From the human T2T-CHM13v2.0 reference genome, Homo sapiens: DNA of 64,000 nucleotides. The stretch is taken from NCBI RefSeq assembly GCF_009914755.1, contig NC_060933.1; one strand, given 5' to 3'. The translations under genes and the position numbers were made by a program. The notes under the pieces are model-generated. The model was not told the origin of the DNA and did not search any database. It saw only the letters and a program-made list of their open reading frames with translations. Shown in pieces: positions 41,201 through 53,135 of this stretch (position 1 is the first letter of the stretch; every line of letters starts with the position of its first letter).

Positions 41201-43819
41201 TTACTTTTGGGTTCTAAAATATACTCAGAAGATATAAGTGGAAAAAAATATCTTGTTGGCAACTGGCATTGAAGGAGGTGATTTTGAGCCCTGCAACTGC
41301 CAAATCACTATTCTTATTCTTGGTGTCTCTACTGATTGGTATGGCAGAGGTTACTTTAATTATGGAGCCAGGTGACACAGCTTGGAATGACTAACTTTTT
41401 GGTAGGAGAAAAGGCACATACTCTCGGAATTAATTTCAATTAGTCTGAAAAGACATCAATTTAGTATGGATGAGGAGAGCTGAGGATATCCTTCTAATGC
41501 TGATTTGAAATCCAGCACGTCCAGACTACTGAGTGTTGTTTACTTCTTCTAATAATCTGCTTCAGGGTAACACTAGCTGTTGTTTGGCCTAATTATTTTC
41601 TTGATGACAACAGGCACAGCAATGACAATTGAAAGATTCCGTGTGGCAATTTCTTACACACAAGAAAAGTAAATGTAGGTCGTTATGTTTGGCAATTTGT
41701 GTGTTGCAAATGACTGATAGAAAGTAATAGGTGCTAAGTAAATACTAAGTAATTGAAGTCTGACAAAAACTAGGGTTCCTTTGTGTTATTTAGAGAAAAA
41801 AAAATGTTTATTCCAATGAAGATATTGTCTCCTGGAAATTTTTCCCAGTGCCTTATATTTTCCAAAGAAAGTACACATACATACATATGTTCACGTGCAT
41901 ATGCACATGTGTGTGCATGCATGTATGTGGGTGTGTATGTATTCTTTTTCTATTGCTCAGATTTCCTTTTAAAAAGGTATTCCTCATGTACAGGAGACAT
42001 CTAGTTCTGTTATAATGAATAGTGCTCTCGTTCTATGAGGCCTCCAAACAAATGGTACTTCAATGTAAAAAAAAATCTTGGGTTGACCCTCCTTCAACTC
42101 ATGAAACACAACCTCATGTTCCAAAAAACCCCACAAAATGGAATTTTAAAAATAATAATAAAATAGTGATATAAACTCACAATCTATGACTAGAGATAGA
42201 GTTTATAGGACATAGAGCCAGACTCTCTTTTGTAGGATGCTTGCAGTCTCTCCATTAAGGGTACTGAGTTATTTGACACAAAGAGAAAAAACATTTAAGA
42301 GGCTGAGTGCCAAGCAGAGACAGCGGGAGCAGTTCCAGAGGAAGATGGCCTCAAGGTAGAGTAAAAGAAGGTATGGAGTCAAAAATGTAACCCATATATA
42401 GAGTAAACCATAGAAAGAAAAAGTGGAGCTCTGCTTGGATGGAAGAAAGCCCGTATAAAGTTACAGTTCCTCACTAATCTAACAGATCATATTGTGGAGA
42501 CAGACATTGGTCCCCATCGTGTAGGAAACTAGCTTCTTTTCATCCTCTGTACCTTTCCAATAGCAGGTGGTCTTCTAAGAGTTTATAGAACACTGAAATC
42601 TTTTGATAAATATTCTTTTAGTATGCTTTTCTCACCACTGTGATTTGGGGAATGCATTAAAGAATAAATTGATATTTTCAATTTCGACTCACCAGGTATT
42701 TCTGGAATGCAGGTAAGGTGATTTAGCATAAGCCAATCCTACTTGAATAAGCCTGATATGATTGTTTTAGAAACAACTAAATAGAGTTTGGGTCATATGC
42801 ATAACAATTCTTATGCCAAAATTTTAAAGGAAATTTATCTGAAAACCTTTGAAAGCCACATTTATGAGAGCCAATTTATTATAATCAATTCTCCCATGGA
42901 ACATTCTCTACTTCTTCTCAACTCACATGAAATGTGTTGGAAATGTCAAATTTCCCAATGAAAGGTTGAATAAAGTGTATACAAATATCCATAATACACC
43001 CACAAGAAATACTAACATAAACAGCAGCATAAATCTTGATTTTTTCTGCACTGTGACACCTTAGGCCTGAGAATGCTGCTAGCTACATTCAGACTTGATC
43101 CTAATTTATTGCTGATATGACACAAATGTTAAATACAGCTGCAGCCATTAACCGAAACTCATTAATTAGAAAATAAAATTATGGAATATTTTTTCAGCTT
43201 AATTTGCCAAGATGCTCTCAGTCAACACAGGTTAGGTGTTTGATGAAGCTTCCCAGCTTTTAATATGACCCATAATGTATAGATCAAAAGCCAAACAAAA
43301 CAAGAGAAAACAATTAGCTATTTAGCCTATTTAAAAGTATACACACATGTATACTCTGAAAAGCATGCTTTTAAAGTATAGCCCTGCTGACATCTATTTT
43401 GAATATATACACATTCTTTCTTACCAAACCAAATGACAGTCATTTCTCTAGGATAAAAACATTTCTCCCACTTTCCCCATGGAGGTGATTTTGAGTAGCA
43501 AAAAAGCTACAGGAGTCATAGGATAAGAATTTCAAGAGCTAAAAATTAATGTGGATTCTTAAGGTTTCTGTGCTTTTTAATGTTTGGCAAATATTTGAGA
43601 GTGCCTGCAGACCTCTAAAAAGACATTAAGAAAAAACTTTAAGAGATGTAATGATATCCCACATAAACAGGGAAACTTACTGAATACTGTAGCAAAGAAA
43701 CACTGACCCAAGGAACTGAAATATATTACTTACTAATTAAATTAAATATTATTATAAATAGATCCAACTTCTTCACAGAATCATCCAAAGTGAGTTATCC
43801 TAAGACCATTAAGGCAAGA

Positions 43820-44050
43820 CAATATAGGATAGTGGTTAAAACACCAGCTCTAGAATGAAACCTTCAGTTAAGGTCTTAGCACTGCCATTAATTGTTTATA
43901 TATTAAGCAGGTTATTTGACTTATCTAAGTCAACCCTTTCTCATTTGCAAAATAAGAAAACAACAGCACATATTTCATATACTTGTGAGAATCAAAGGAG
44001 TTTTTTTGTGTATTTGGAACATAATGAGTCACATATGTAGTTATTTTTAA
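43820..44050 (+). mobile_element. MIR SINE, near full length
   Basis: ATAGTGGTTAAAACACCAGCTCTAGAATG...TTTCTCATTTGCAAAATAAG. Confidence 0.8.
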
Positions 44051-44595
44051 TTTTGCAAATATTATTAAGTAGTATCTCCAAGTATAAAACTTCAATGAAA
44101 GATTTTTCTAGAAATAATCTCATCAGAGCTATCTTTCCACATGATGGTCCTGGTTATACTAAATCACAGTTCAAAGTTAAATTGTAATGGTGCTTGAGTT
44201 AATCATATTATTTGCTGTCATCAAATTGTGTGATGGTGAATAAGGCTGGATAAATATTGGTCTATAAATGTTCGAGCAATAAACAAATACCTTATATTTT
44301 GTCCAGTGTTTTGAAATTTACAAAATGTTTTGAAATAAATTATTTTTATTTGTTTAGCCAATGCTATTGAGACCGAGGCTTCAAGAACTGCAAAGATGTT
44401 TAAAGGAATCAAAAAAGCTTATATTCTAATGATGCATATAGGGTAGAGGTGGGGAATTCCTCTACTCACTTCTCTACATTCTGGCATAAATTGTCAGTTT
44501 CCAGAATACTGACTGAGCAATATTTATAAATGATCATGATATCACACTTTAAAATGTCACAATCCAGGGAGGTGAGAGTAGTTTTTCTTCTACAA

Positions 44596-44824
44596 TTCAC
44601 TGCAACCTCCATCTCCGGGTTTCAAGAGATTCTCCTGCCTCAGCCTTCCAAGTAGCTGGGACTACAGGCATGGACCACCACGCCTGGCTAATTTTTGTAT
44701 TTTTAGTAGATACAGGGTTTCGCCATGTTGGCTGGCTAGTCTCGAACTCCTGACCTCAAAGTGATCCACCTGCCTCAGCCTCTCGAAGCATTGGGATTAC
44801 AGGCATAAGTCACTGCGTCCAGCC
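44596..44824 (-). mobile_element. AluS lacking its 3' end and tail
   Basis: TCACTGCAACCTCC...GTCTCGAACTCCTGACCTCAAAGTGATCCACC...CCAGCC; roughly the last 55 nt and the poly(A) are absent. Confidence 0.92.
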
Positions 44825-44973
44825 CATCCTTCCTTTTAATATTGTGGCTAAAAAAGGGCTTGTTCTTTGAGGATAGGCCTGAACTTTTGTTCTCTTGTCT
44901 GTTCTTGTATTTTGCTGTGACTTTCTAAGTCCGTTAGCCACCTGCTAAAGCTGAGGTTTAGGAAGATAAGGAA

Positions 44974-45277
44974 GCTGGGCGTGGTGGCTCACACCTTAAT
45001 CCCAGCACTTTGGGAGGCCGAGGCAGGCAGATTATGAGGTCAGGAGATCGAGACCATCCTGGCCAACATGGGACACTCTGTCTCGACTAAAAAAACACAA
45101 AAATTAGCTGGGGGTGGTGGTGCGTGCCTGTAATCTCAGCTACTCCGGAGGCTGAGGCAGGATAATCACTTGAACCAGGGAGTCAGAGGTTGCAGTTAGC
45201 CGAGATTGCACCACTGCACTCCAGCCTGGCAACAGAGCGAGACTTTGTCTCAAAAAAAAAAAAAAAAAAAAAAAAGT
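44974..45277 (+). mobile_element. AluSc-like, full length
   Basis: GAGATCGAGACCATCCTGGCCAACATGG and CCTGGCAACAGAGCGAGAC diagnostics; A24 tail; TSD AAGATAAGGAA at 44963-44973 and 45278-45288. Confidence 0.92.
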
Positions 45278-45645
45278 AAGATAAGGAAAGGCATATAGGT
45301 ATGATTTATGTAATAAGTAAAGTATATAATTCCAATTAGCAGACCAATATTTATATAATCTTTTATAAGATAATGAATGAAAATAAAATCAAAGAGCAAG
45401 AAAGTGCTAGACTCAGTCTTGGCATAAAATCAGTCAGCAAAGTCCCAGGTTAGTAAAAAGGTATATGGTGTGAGCTGCTTTCGAATCCTACCCCAGTAGG
45501 TGGTTAAAACTTCTAGGTAGAGTTAGGGGAGCAGGCCCAGTGGAACAAGTAAACTTCAAGTTCCAATACAACCTTGTGGGAAAGGCAAGCTTATATTGCC
45601 GGAGTTTAACAAAAGAAAATATACTGAGGCTTAGAAATATTGAAT

Positions 45646-45841
45646 AAGTGGTTCTCAAATGTAGTCTATAGACTGCTCCTTACTAGCTGTACAATAATTA
45701 GCTCAAGTGTTTGTTAAAAAGCAAATTTTCCTATCTCTAACCCAAAGAAAGTCTGATTGAGTAAACTTGGGTGAACTAGGAATGTGCATTTTAAAAACTT
45801 CCCAGGTAAATCTCATAGAGTGGGAGTTTTGTGAGCAACTG
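45646..45841. mobile_element. MER5-like MITE inserted in a minus-strand MIR
   Basis: AGTGGTTCTCAAA...GGAATGTGCATTTTAAAAACTTCCCAGGTAAATCTCAT...GAGCAACTG; MIR core resumes on both sides. Confidence 0.65.
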
Positions 45842-46059
45842 GGTTAAACAATTTGCACAGAGTCATAAATACAGTGAGTGCTAAAGCCAGAACTAGAAGC
45901 CACTGTGCTCCAGGTTCCTTCATTACAGATTTCCTAAAGGTAATCTTGAATTAATTTAGTTTACTTATGTATAAGACAATAGAAACATAAACTCAGATTA
46001 TGTGAAGTGTCCTACCTAATGGCCAATATAAACCTATATCTTAAATATCAACATTTTAA

Positions 46060-46980
46060 TGGTTTTTGCAAGGGTAGAGAGAAGTAACATTCTCACATAA
46101 TACTGGGATTGTATAAATTAGTTTAACCTTTCTAAAGGGTAGTTTTTCGTAATCTATCAAAACTACTAGATTATTGTACATAATTTATCATCCAATAATT
46201 TCACTTCAAGAAAACTATTCTACAGCTATGCATCTCACATATATCAAAGGGTGTATGTAAAAGATGTTTATTGTAAAATTATTTGTAAATGTTAAAATCT
46301 GGAAAAAAATACAAATCTTTCAAAACCAAAGAGAAAACAATGTATATAGAGTTACTAGAAAATTATTTGAAGGATACATGAATAATTCTTAACAGTGGTT
46401 AACTTTGGAAAAGTGAGATGGGAGTATTGTAGTGTGTATGTTTCTTGTTGCCATTGTAACAAATTACTACAAACTGGGTGGCTTTAAACAGCACAAATGT
46501 ATTTTCTTCAAGCTCTGGAAGTAAGAAGTCTGAAATGAGTCTTATGGAGCTAAAATCAAGGTGTATGCAGGGCTGATTCTTTCTGGAGGCTTCAGTGATA
46601 AATATATTCCTTGTCTCTTGCAGCTTCTAGAGGCCTCTTGGCATTCTTTGGCTTGTGGCCACATCACTCCAATCCCTGTGTCTGTGATCACATTGCCTTC
46701 TTATCTGTTTTAGAAGGACCCTTGCCATTCCATCAGGCCCACTCATGTGATACAGGATAATCTCTGCATCACAGAATCCTTAACCACACATGCAAAATCT
46801 ATGTTACCAAATAGAGTAACATTCACAGGTTCCAAGCAGCAGGATACAGCATTTTTGGGTCACCAGTTTTCTGCCTACCACATGTTCGGAGTAAGTATTC
46901 TTTTTATTATCCTCTTCTTTGCATTATTTGACTTATTTTAACTATGTTTTTGTATTAACTTTAAAATAAAATTAAACCTA
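46060..46980 (+). mobile_element. L1ME-like 3' fragment interrupted by an MLT1 LTR
   Basis: GGGATTGTATAAATTAGTTTAACCTTTCT and AAGATGTTTATTGTAAAATTATTTGTAA. Confidence 0.55.
46435..46882 (-). mobile_element. MaLR solo LTR, MLT1C/D-like
   Basis: TGTAACAAATTACTACAAACTGGGTGGCTTTAAACAGCACAAAT, GCTAAAATCAAGGTGT, ends TCTGCCTACCACA. Confidence 0.85.
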
Positions 46981-48976
46981 ATTAAACATTTAAAATCAAA
47001 TGGAAACGTGTGCCTTTCTTAGGCACACTGTGATACATCAGCTACAAGTGCAATATTTCATTTTTGAAGAAGGATTTATTTATGCCCCAGTTTGTTCCAA
47101 AGAGTATTTAGGCAGTTTATAAAACAGGCTCCAATAGTAAAATAAATAAAATTGAAAGCTGAAATGGGATTAGAAATATAATAACATGAGAATGCTTATA
47201 CTATAATCTTATGAGTAAAAATACTTGCTTTGAATAGGCATAAATCTTGTTTTGAGGTTCCTGACTGCTAAAGCAAAAAGGGAAACTGTGGGAAAAAGGG
47301 TGTATTATTTGTATTGTTGGCAACTGAACAAATGTATCAAATTATTATAAAGAGGAGATAGATCTTTCTAGTACTAAGCTCACAGAAAATTTTGCATGGG
47401 CATCATTGTATGGGGCACTTAGTGTTGCCAATAACATTCAAAACAATTTCATATCAGATTTCAAAATTTCAGCTTTTGCTCTCTCTCCCGTGATTCCTAA
47501 TAGAAAAAGATGTTGCCAGGAATGCTCCACACAGAACTAAATTCCATTCGGTGTTGTGTATCTTGCATGTGCCAGTGAGACTAAGTGGAATACAACAATG
47601 TCTGATCAATTTGTCTAAACTATCCAGTCTCCCAGTTTCAATGTCTTGGGGGAAAAATTCTATGACAAACAAATAAAGCATTGAGAACACATAGCATTAA
47701 CTCGTATGCTGAAAACCTGAAAGCTTTATGCTAGCCTGTAGCGAATTTTTAGAAAGAATCCAAAAGTACAGCAAAGTATGTGTATAATATAAATGTTGCC
47801 ACCGTTGTAATGAAGGATATGCTGTTGGCAACCTGAAGCTGCATAACATAGCTTTAGGTGACAATAAAATTCCACATAGTCCTGTCAAGCTTAATGTTGG
47901 TTGTTTTTGTTAAAAGTAGGGCTTTACAAATCATTCTGGGTCTTTTCCAAAGTTCTACTAAACTCCTGAAATACTAACAGCTGTTAATTATTCCCTCCAT
48001 TGAAGAAGATGCATTGAAAGGTTTCAGCTACAGAGATCCCTAAACATAAATGAGTCTCTGAATTCCAACCAGCATCTAGAGGGACTACTAAACACTGCCA
48101 TAATACAGTCCACTAGGAAAGATCCTTCACCTGTCCTGGAGGGAAGAAGTCAATAAATGCAGAACTGCAAAGGACTCCTAAAAGAAAAACAACAACAACA
48201 ACAACAAAAAAACGGTGAGGGGAGCGGGCGGGTGGACTACTTCATCACTGAGCAATTATCCTAAAAGCAGTTGCAGCTCACCAGATTTCAAAAATTTACA
48301 GAAGTGTTAACCTATTTTATTGGTGTAGGTACAAATAATAGAAAACCCAAAGAACTCTGACAGATGGGGGCTCATGTTTTTCAAGTCTCTAGGCTGGTTG
48401 AGATGCCTAAAGGTGTGTTTCTTAAAGGAAACAAGTATCCCCTGTCATCCTCATCCACAGTCCTTAGTTTGTGGCGTTTGTCCTATTTTATTTCCAGGCG
48501 ATTATTTGCATTTCCTGACATAGGAAATGACCAAAGGAAGAAGGTCAAAGTGTTTCTCCTTATGAGGCTTTGCCTTTTTGTCCTAAAGGGAATCCCTTTG
48601 TTAATACTTCCACCTACATTTCTTTCTCCAGAACTAAAAACACGATCATCTCTCACTGCCAGGGTAACCAAGAAAGAAAGTATTTATAACTGACATATCA
48701 CTTTTAAAATCAACATTGGGGGTCTGTTAGTAAAGATAACAAGTGAGGATGGATATTCAGTAGGCATTCAGCTAAGGATACCACAGACATCAAAAGAAGA
48801 CATGATAATAAATCATTGGAGATATATTGGTAAATGCAGTACCTACTCTCTACCCATCTCTCCAAGTCTTTTCTAGCTGTTTCAGAGCAATTAAAGTGGG
48901 TAAAAAGATAGCTTATATGTTATTTGAAAAATCATGAAACAAACAAATATATAACAAAAATCTAATAAAATTCTAG

Positions 48977-49429
48977 TGTGATGGTTAATACTAAATGTCA
49001 ACTTGATTACAGTGAAGGATGCAAAATTTTGTCCCTAGGTGTTGTCTGTGAGGGTGTTGCCAAAGGAGATTAACATTTGAGTCAGTGGACTGGGAAAAGC
49101 AGACCCACACTTAATCTGAGTGGGTACAGATCTAATAAACTGCCAGCACGGTCAGAATAAAAGCATGTGGAAGAACGTGCAAAGACTAGACAGGCTTAGC
49201 CTCCCAGTTTACACCTTTCTCCAGTGCTGGAAGCTTCCTGCCATCGAACATTGGACTCCAAGTTCTTCAGTTTTGGGACTTGACTGGCTTCCTCTCTCCT
49301 CAGCTTGCAGATGGCCTATTGTGGAACCTCATCTTGTGATGGTGTGAGTCAATTCTTCTTAATTGACTCCCCTTTATATATACATCTATGCTATTAGTTC
49401 TGTCCCTCTAGAGAACCTTGATTAATACA
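48977..49429 (+). mobile_element. ERVL solo LTR, MLT2A-like
   Basis: TGTGATGGTTAATACT...GCCAAAGGAGATTAACATTTGAGTCAGTGGACTGGG...CCCTCTAGAGAACCTTGATTAATACA, 453 bp; TSD TCTAG/CCTAG. Confidence 0.9.
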
Positions 49430-49482
49430 CCTAGAATTAGGGATTCATAGATTATTAGATTGAGAATAAATATTAACATATA

Positions 49483-49562
49483 TTTGTTTGGTGCAAAAGA
49501 AATACCGGTTTTTGCCATTACTTTTAAATCACAAAAACACAATTACCTTTGTATCAACCTAA
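49483..49562. mobile_element. MADE1 (Hsmar1-derived MITE)
   Basis: 80-bp near-palindrome TTTGTTTGGTGCAAAAG...TTTTTGCCATTACTTTTAA...CAATTACCTTTGTATCAACCTAA, flanked by TA on both sides. Confidence 0.9.
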
Positions 49563-49789
49563 TATTTAGGCTACTTTTTTTTTAAATCATACTTTAAGCA
49601 CTAGGGTACATGTACACAACTTGCAGGTTTGTTACATACGTATACATGTGCCACATTGGTGTGCTGCACCCATGAACTGGTCATTTACATTAGGCGTATC
49701 TCCTAATGTTATCCCTCCTCCTTCCCCCCACCCCACTACAGGCCTCAGTATGTGATGTTCCCCTTCCTGTGTCCAAGTGTTCTCATTGT

Positions 49790-52055
49790 TCAGTTCCCAC
49801 TTTTGAGTGAGAACATGTGATGTTTGTTTTTTTGTCCCTGAGATAGTTTGCTGAGAATGATGGTTTCCAGCTTCATCCATGTCCCTACAAAGGACATGAA
49901 CTCATCCTTTTTTATGGCTGCATAATATTCCAGGGTGTATATGTGCCACATTTTCTTAATCCAGTCTATAATTGATGGACATTTGGGTTGGTTCCAAGTC
50001 TTTGCTATTGTGAATAGTGCCGCAATAAACATACGTGTGCATGTGTCTTTAAAGCAGCATGATTTATAATCCTTTGGGTATATACCCAGTAATGGGATGG
50101 CTGGGTCAAATAGTATTTCTAGTTCTAGATCCTTGAGGAATCCCCACACTGTCTTCCACAATGGTTGAACAACTTTACAGTCCCACCAACAGTGTAAAAG
50201 TGTTCCTATTTCTCCACATCCTCTCCAGCACCTGTTGTTTCCTGACTTTTTAATGATTGCCATTCTAACTGCTGTGAGATGGTATCACACTGTGGTTTTG
50301 ATTTGCATTTCTCTGATGGCCAGTGATGATGAGCATTTTTTCATGTGTCTGTTGGCTGCATAAATGTTTTCTTTTGAGAAGTGTCTGTTCATATCCTTCG
50401 CCCACTTTTTGATGGGGTTGTTTGTTTTTTCTTGTAAATTTGTTTGAGTCCTTTGTAGATTCTGGATATTAGCCCTTTGTCAGATGAGTAGATTGCAAAA
50501 TTTTTTTCCCATTCTGTAGGTTGCCTGTTCACTCTGATGGTAGTTTTTTCTACTGTGCAGAAGCTCTTTAGTTTAATTAGATCCCATTTGTCAATTTTGT
50601 CTTTTGTTGCCATTGCTTTTGGTGTTTTAGACATGAAGTCCTTGCCCATGCCTATGTCCTGAATGGTATTGCCTAGCTTTTCTTCTAGGGTTTTTATTGT
50701 TTTAGGTCTAACATTTAAGTCTTTAATCCATCTTGAATTAACTTTCGTATAAGGTATAAGGAAGGGATCCAGTTTCAGCTTTCTACATATGGCTAGCCAG
50801 TTTCCCCAGCACCATTTATTAAATAGGGAATCCTTTCCCCATTTCTTGTTTTTGTCAGGTTTGTCAAAGATCAGATGGTTGTAGATGTGTGGTATTATTT
50901 CTGAGGGCTCTGTTCTGTTCCATTGGTCTATATCTCTGTTTTGATACCAGTACCATGCTGTTTTTGTTACTGTAGGCTTGTAGTATAGTTTGAAGTCAGG
51001 TGTCTCTATTTCCTTCATTTCTGCTCTGATCTTAGTTATTTCTTGCCTTCTGATAGCTTTTGAATGTGTTTGCTCTTGCTTCTCTAGTTCTTTTAATTGC
51101 GATGTTAGGGTTTCAATTTTAGATATTTCCTGCTTTCTCTTGTGGGCATTTAGTGCTATAAATTTCCCTCTACACACTGCTTTAAATGTGTCCCAGAGAT
51201 TCTGGTATATTGTGTCTTTGTTCTCATTGGTTTCCAGGAACATCTTTATTTCTGCCTTAATTTCATTATGTACCCAGTAGTCATTCAGGAGCAGGTTGTT
51301 CAGTTTCCATGTAGTTGAGTGGTTTTGAGTGAGTTTCTTAAAACCTGAGTTCTAGTTTGATTGCACTGTGGTCTGAGAGACAGTTTGTTATAATTTCCAT
51401 TCTTTTACATTTGCTGAGGAGTGCTTTACTTCCAACTATGTAGTCAATTTTGGAATAAGTGTGATGTGGTTCTGAGAAGAATGTATATTCTGTTGATTTG
51501 GGGTGGAGAGTTCTGTAGATGTCTATTAGGTCTGCTTGGTGCAGAGCTGAGTTCAATTCCTGGATATCCTTTCTAACTTTCTGTCTCGTTGATCTGTCTA
51601 ATGTTGACAGTGGGGTGTTAAAGTCTCCCGTTATTATTGTGTGGGAGTCTAAGTCTCTCTGTAGGTCTCTAAGGACTTGCTTTATGAATCTGGGTGCTCC
51701 CGTATTGGGTGCATATATATTTAGGATAGTTAGCTCTTCTTGTTGAATTGATCCCTTTACCATTATGTAATGGCCTTCTTTGTCTCTTTTGATCTCTCTT
51801 GGGTTAAAGTCTGTTTTATCAGATACTAGGATTGCAACCCCTGCCTTTTTGTTTTCCATTTGCTTGGTAGATCTTCCTCCATCCTTTTATTTTGAGCCTA
51901 TGTGTGTCTCTGCATGTGAGATGGGTCTCCTGAATATAGCACACTGATGGGTCTTGACTCTTTATCCAATTTGCCAGTCTGTGTCTTTTAATTAGAGCAT
52001 TTAGTCCATTTACATTTAAAGTTAATATTGTTATGTGTGAATTTGATCCTGTCAT
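49790..52055 (-). pseudogene. L1 ORF2 remnant: endonuclease domain joined to the C-terminal region, RT deleted, frameshifted
   Basis: MTGSNSHITILTLNVNGLN start, GDFNTPL and SDH motifs, junction KEIET|PDFKLYYK at 51000/51001, end MFSLKSGN; frameshifts near 51845, 51340 and 50425. Confidence 0.93.
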
Positions 52056-52118
52056 TATGATGTTAGCTGGTTATTTTGCTCATTAGTTGATGCAGTTTCT
52101 TCCTAGCATTGATGGTCT

Positions 52119-53135
52119 TTACAATTTGGCATGTTTTTGCAGTGGCTGGTACCAGTTGTTCCTTTCCATGTTTAGTGCTTCCTTCAGGAGCTCTTGTAGG
52201 GCAGGCCTGGTGGTGACAAAATCTCTCAACATTTGCTTGTCTGTAAAGGATTTTATTTCTCCTTCTCTTAAGAAGCTTAGTTTGGCTGGATATGAAATTC
52301 TGGGTTGAAAATTCTTTTCTTTAAGAATGTTGAATATTGGCCGCCACTCTCTTCTGGCTTGTAGAGTTTCTGCCAAGAGATCCGCAGCTAGTCTGCTGGA
52401 CTTCCCTTTGTGGGTAACCCGACCTTTCTCTCTGGCTGCCCTTAACATTTTTTCCTTCATTTCAACTTTGGTGAATCTGATAATTATGTTTCTTAGAGTT
52501 GCTCTTCTCGAGAAGTATCTTTGTGGCATTCTCTGTATTTCCTGAATTTGAATGTTGGCCTGCCTTGCTAGGTTGGGGAAGTTCTCCTGGATAATATCCT
52601 GCAGTGTGTTTTCCAACTTGGTTCCATTCTCCCCATTACTTTCAGGTACACCAATCAGACACAGATTTGGTCTTTTCACATAGTCCCATATTTCTTGGAG
52701 GCTTTGTTCATTTCTTTTTACTCTTTTTTCTCTAAACTTCTCTTCTTGCTTCATTTCATTCATTTGATCTTGAATCACTGATACCCTTTCTTCCAGTTGA
52801 TCGAATCGGCTACTGAAGCTTGTGCATTCGTCATGTAGTTCTTGTGCCATGGTTTTCAGCTTCATCAGGTCATTTAAGAACTTTTCTACACTGGTTATTC
52901 TAGTTAGTCATTCGTCTAATCTTTTTTCAAGGTTTTTAGCTTCTTTGTGATGGGTTCGAACTTCCTCCTTTAGCTTGGAGAAGTTTGATTGTCTAAAGCC
53001 TTCTTCTCTCAACTCATCAAAGTCATTCTCCATCCAGCTTTGTTCCGTTGCTGGTGAGGAGTTGCATTCCTTTGGAGGGGTAGAGGCACTCTGATTTTTA
53101 GAATTTTCAGCTTTTCTGCTCTGTTTTTTCCCCAT
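52119..53135 (-). pseudogene. L1 ORF1 (338 codons) with one internal nonsense codon
   Basis: MGKKQSRKAENSKNQSAS...YQPLQKHAKL in a single frame; TGA at 52908-52910 (codon 76, normally Trp). Confidence 0.93.

Noticed and set aside
41871-41942. Alternating R-Y tract with palindrome GTGCATATGCAC
   Set aside because: A decayed (CA)/(TG) microsatellite; such palindromes arise trivially there.
48212-48238. Small GC-box-like patch GGGGAGCGGGCGGGTGG
   Set aside because: Too short, with no CpG island or other promoter features.
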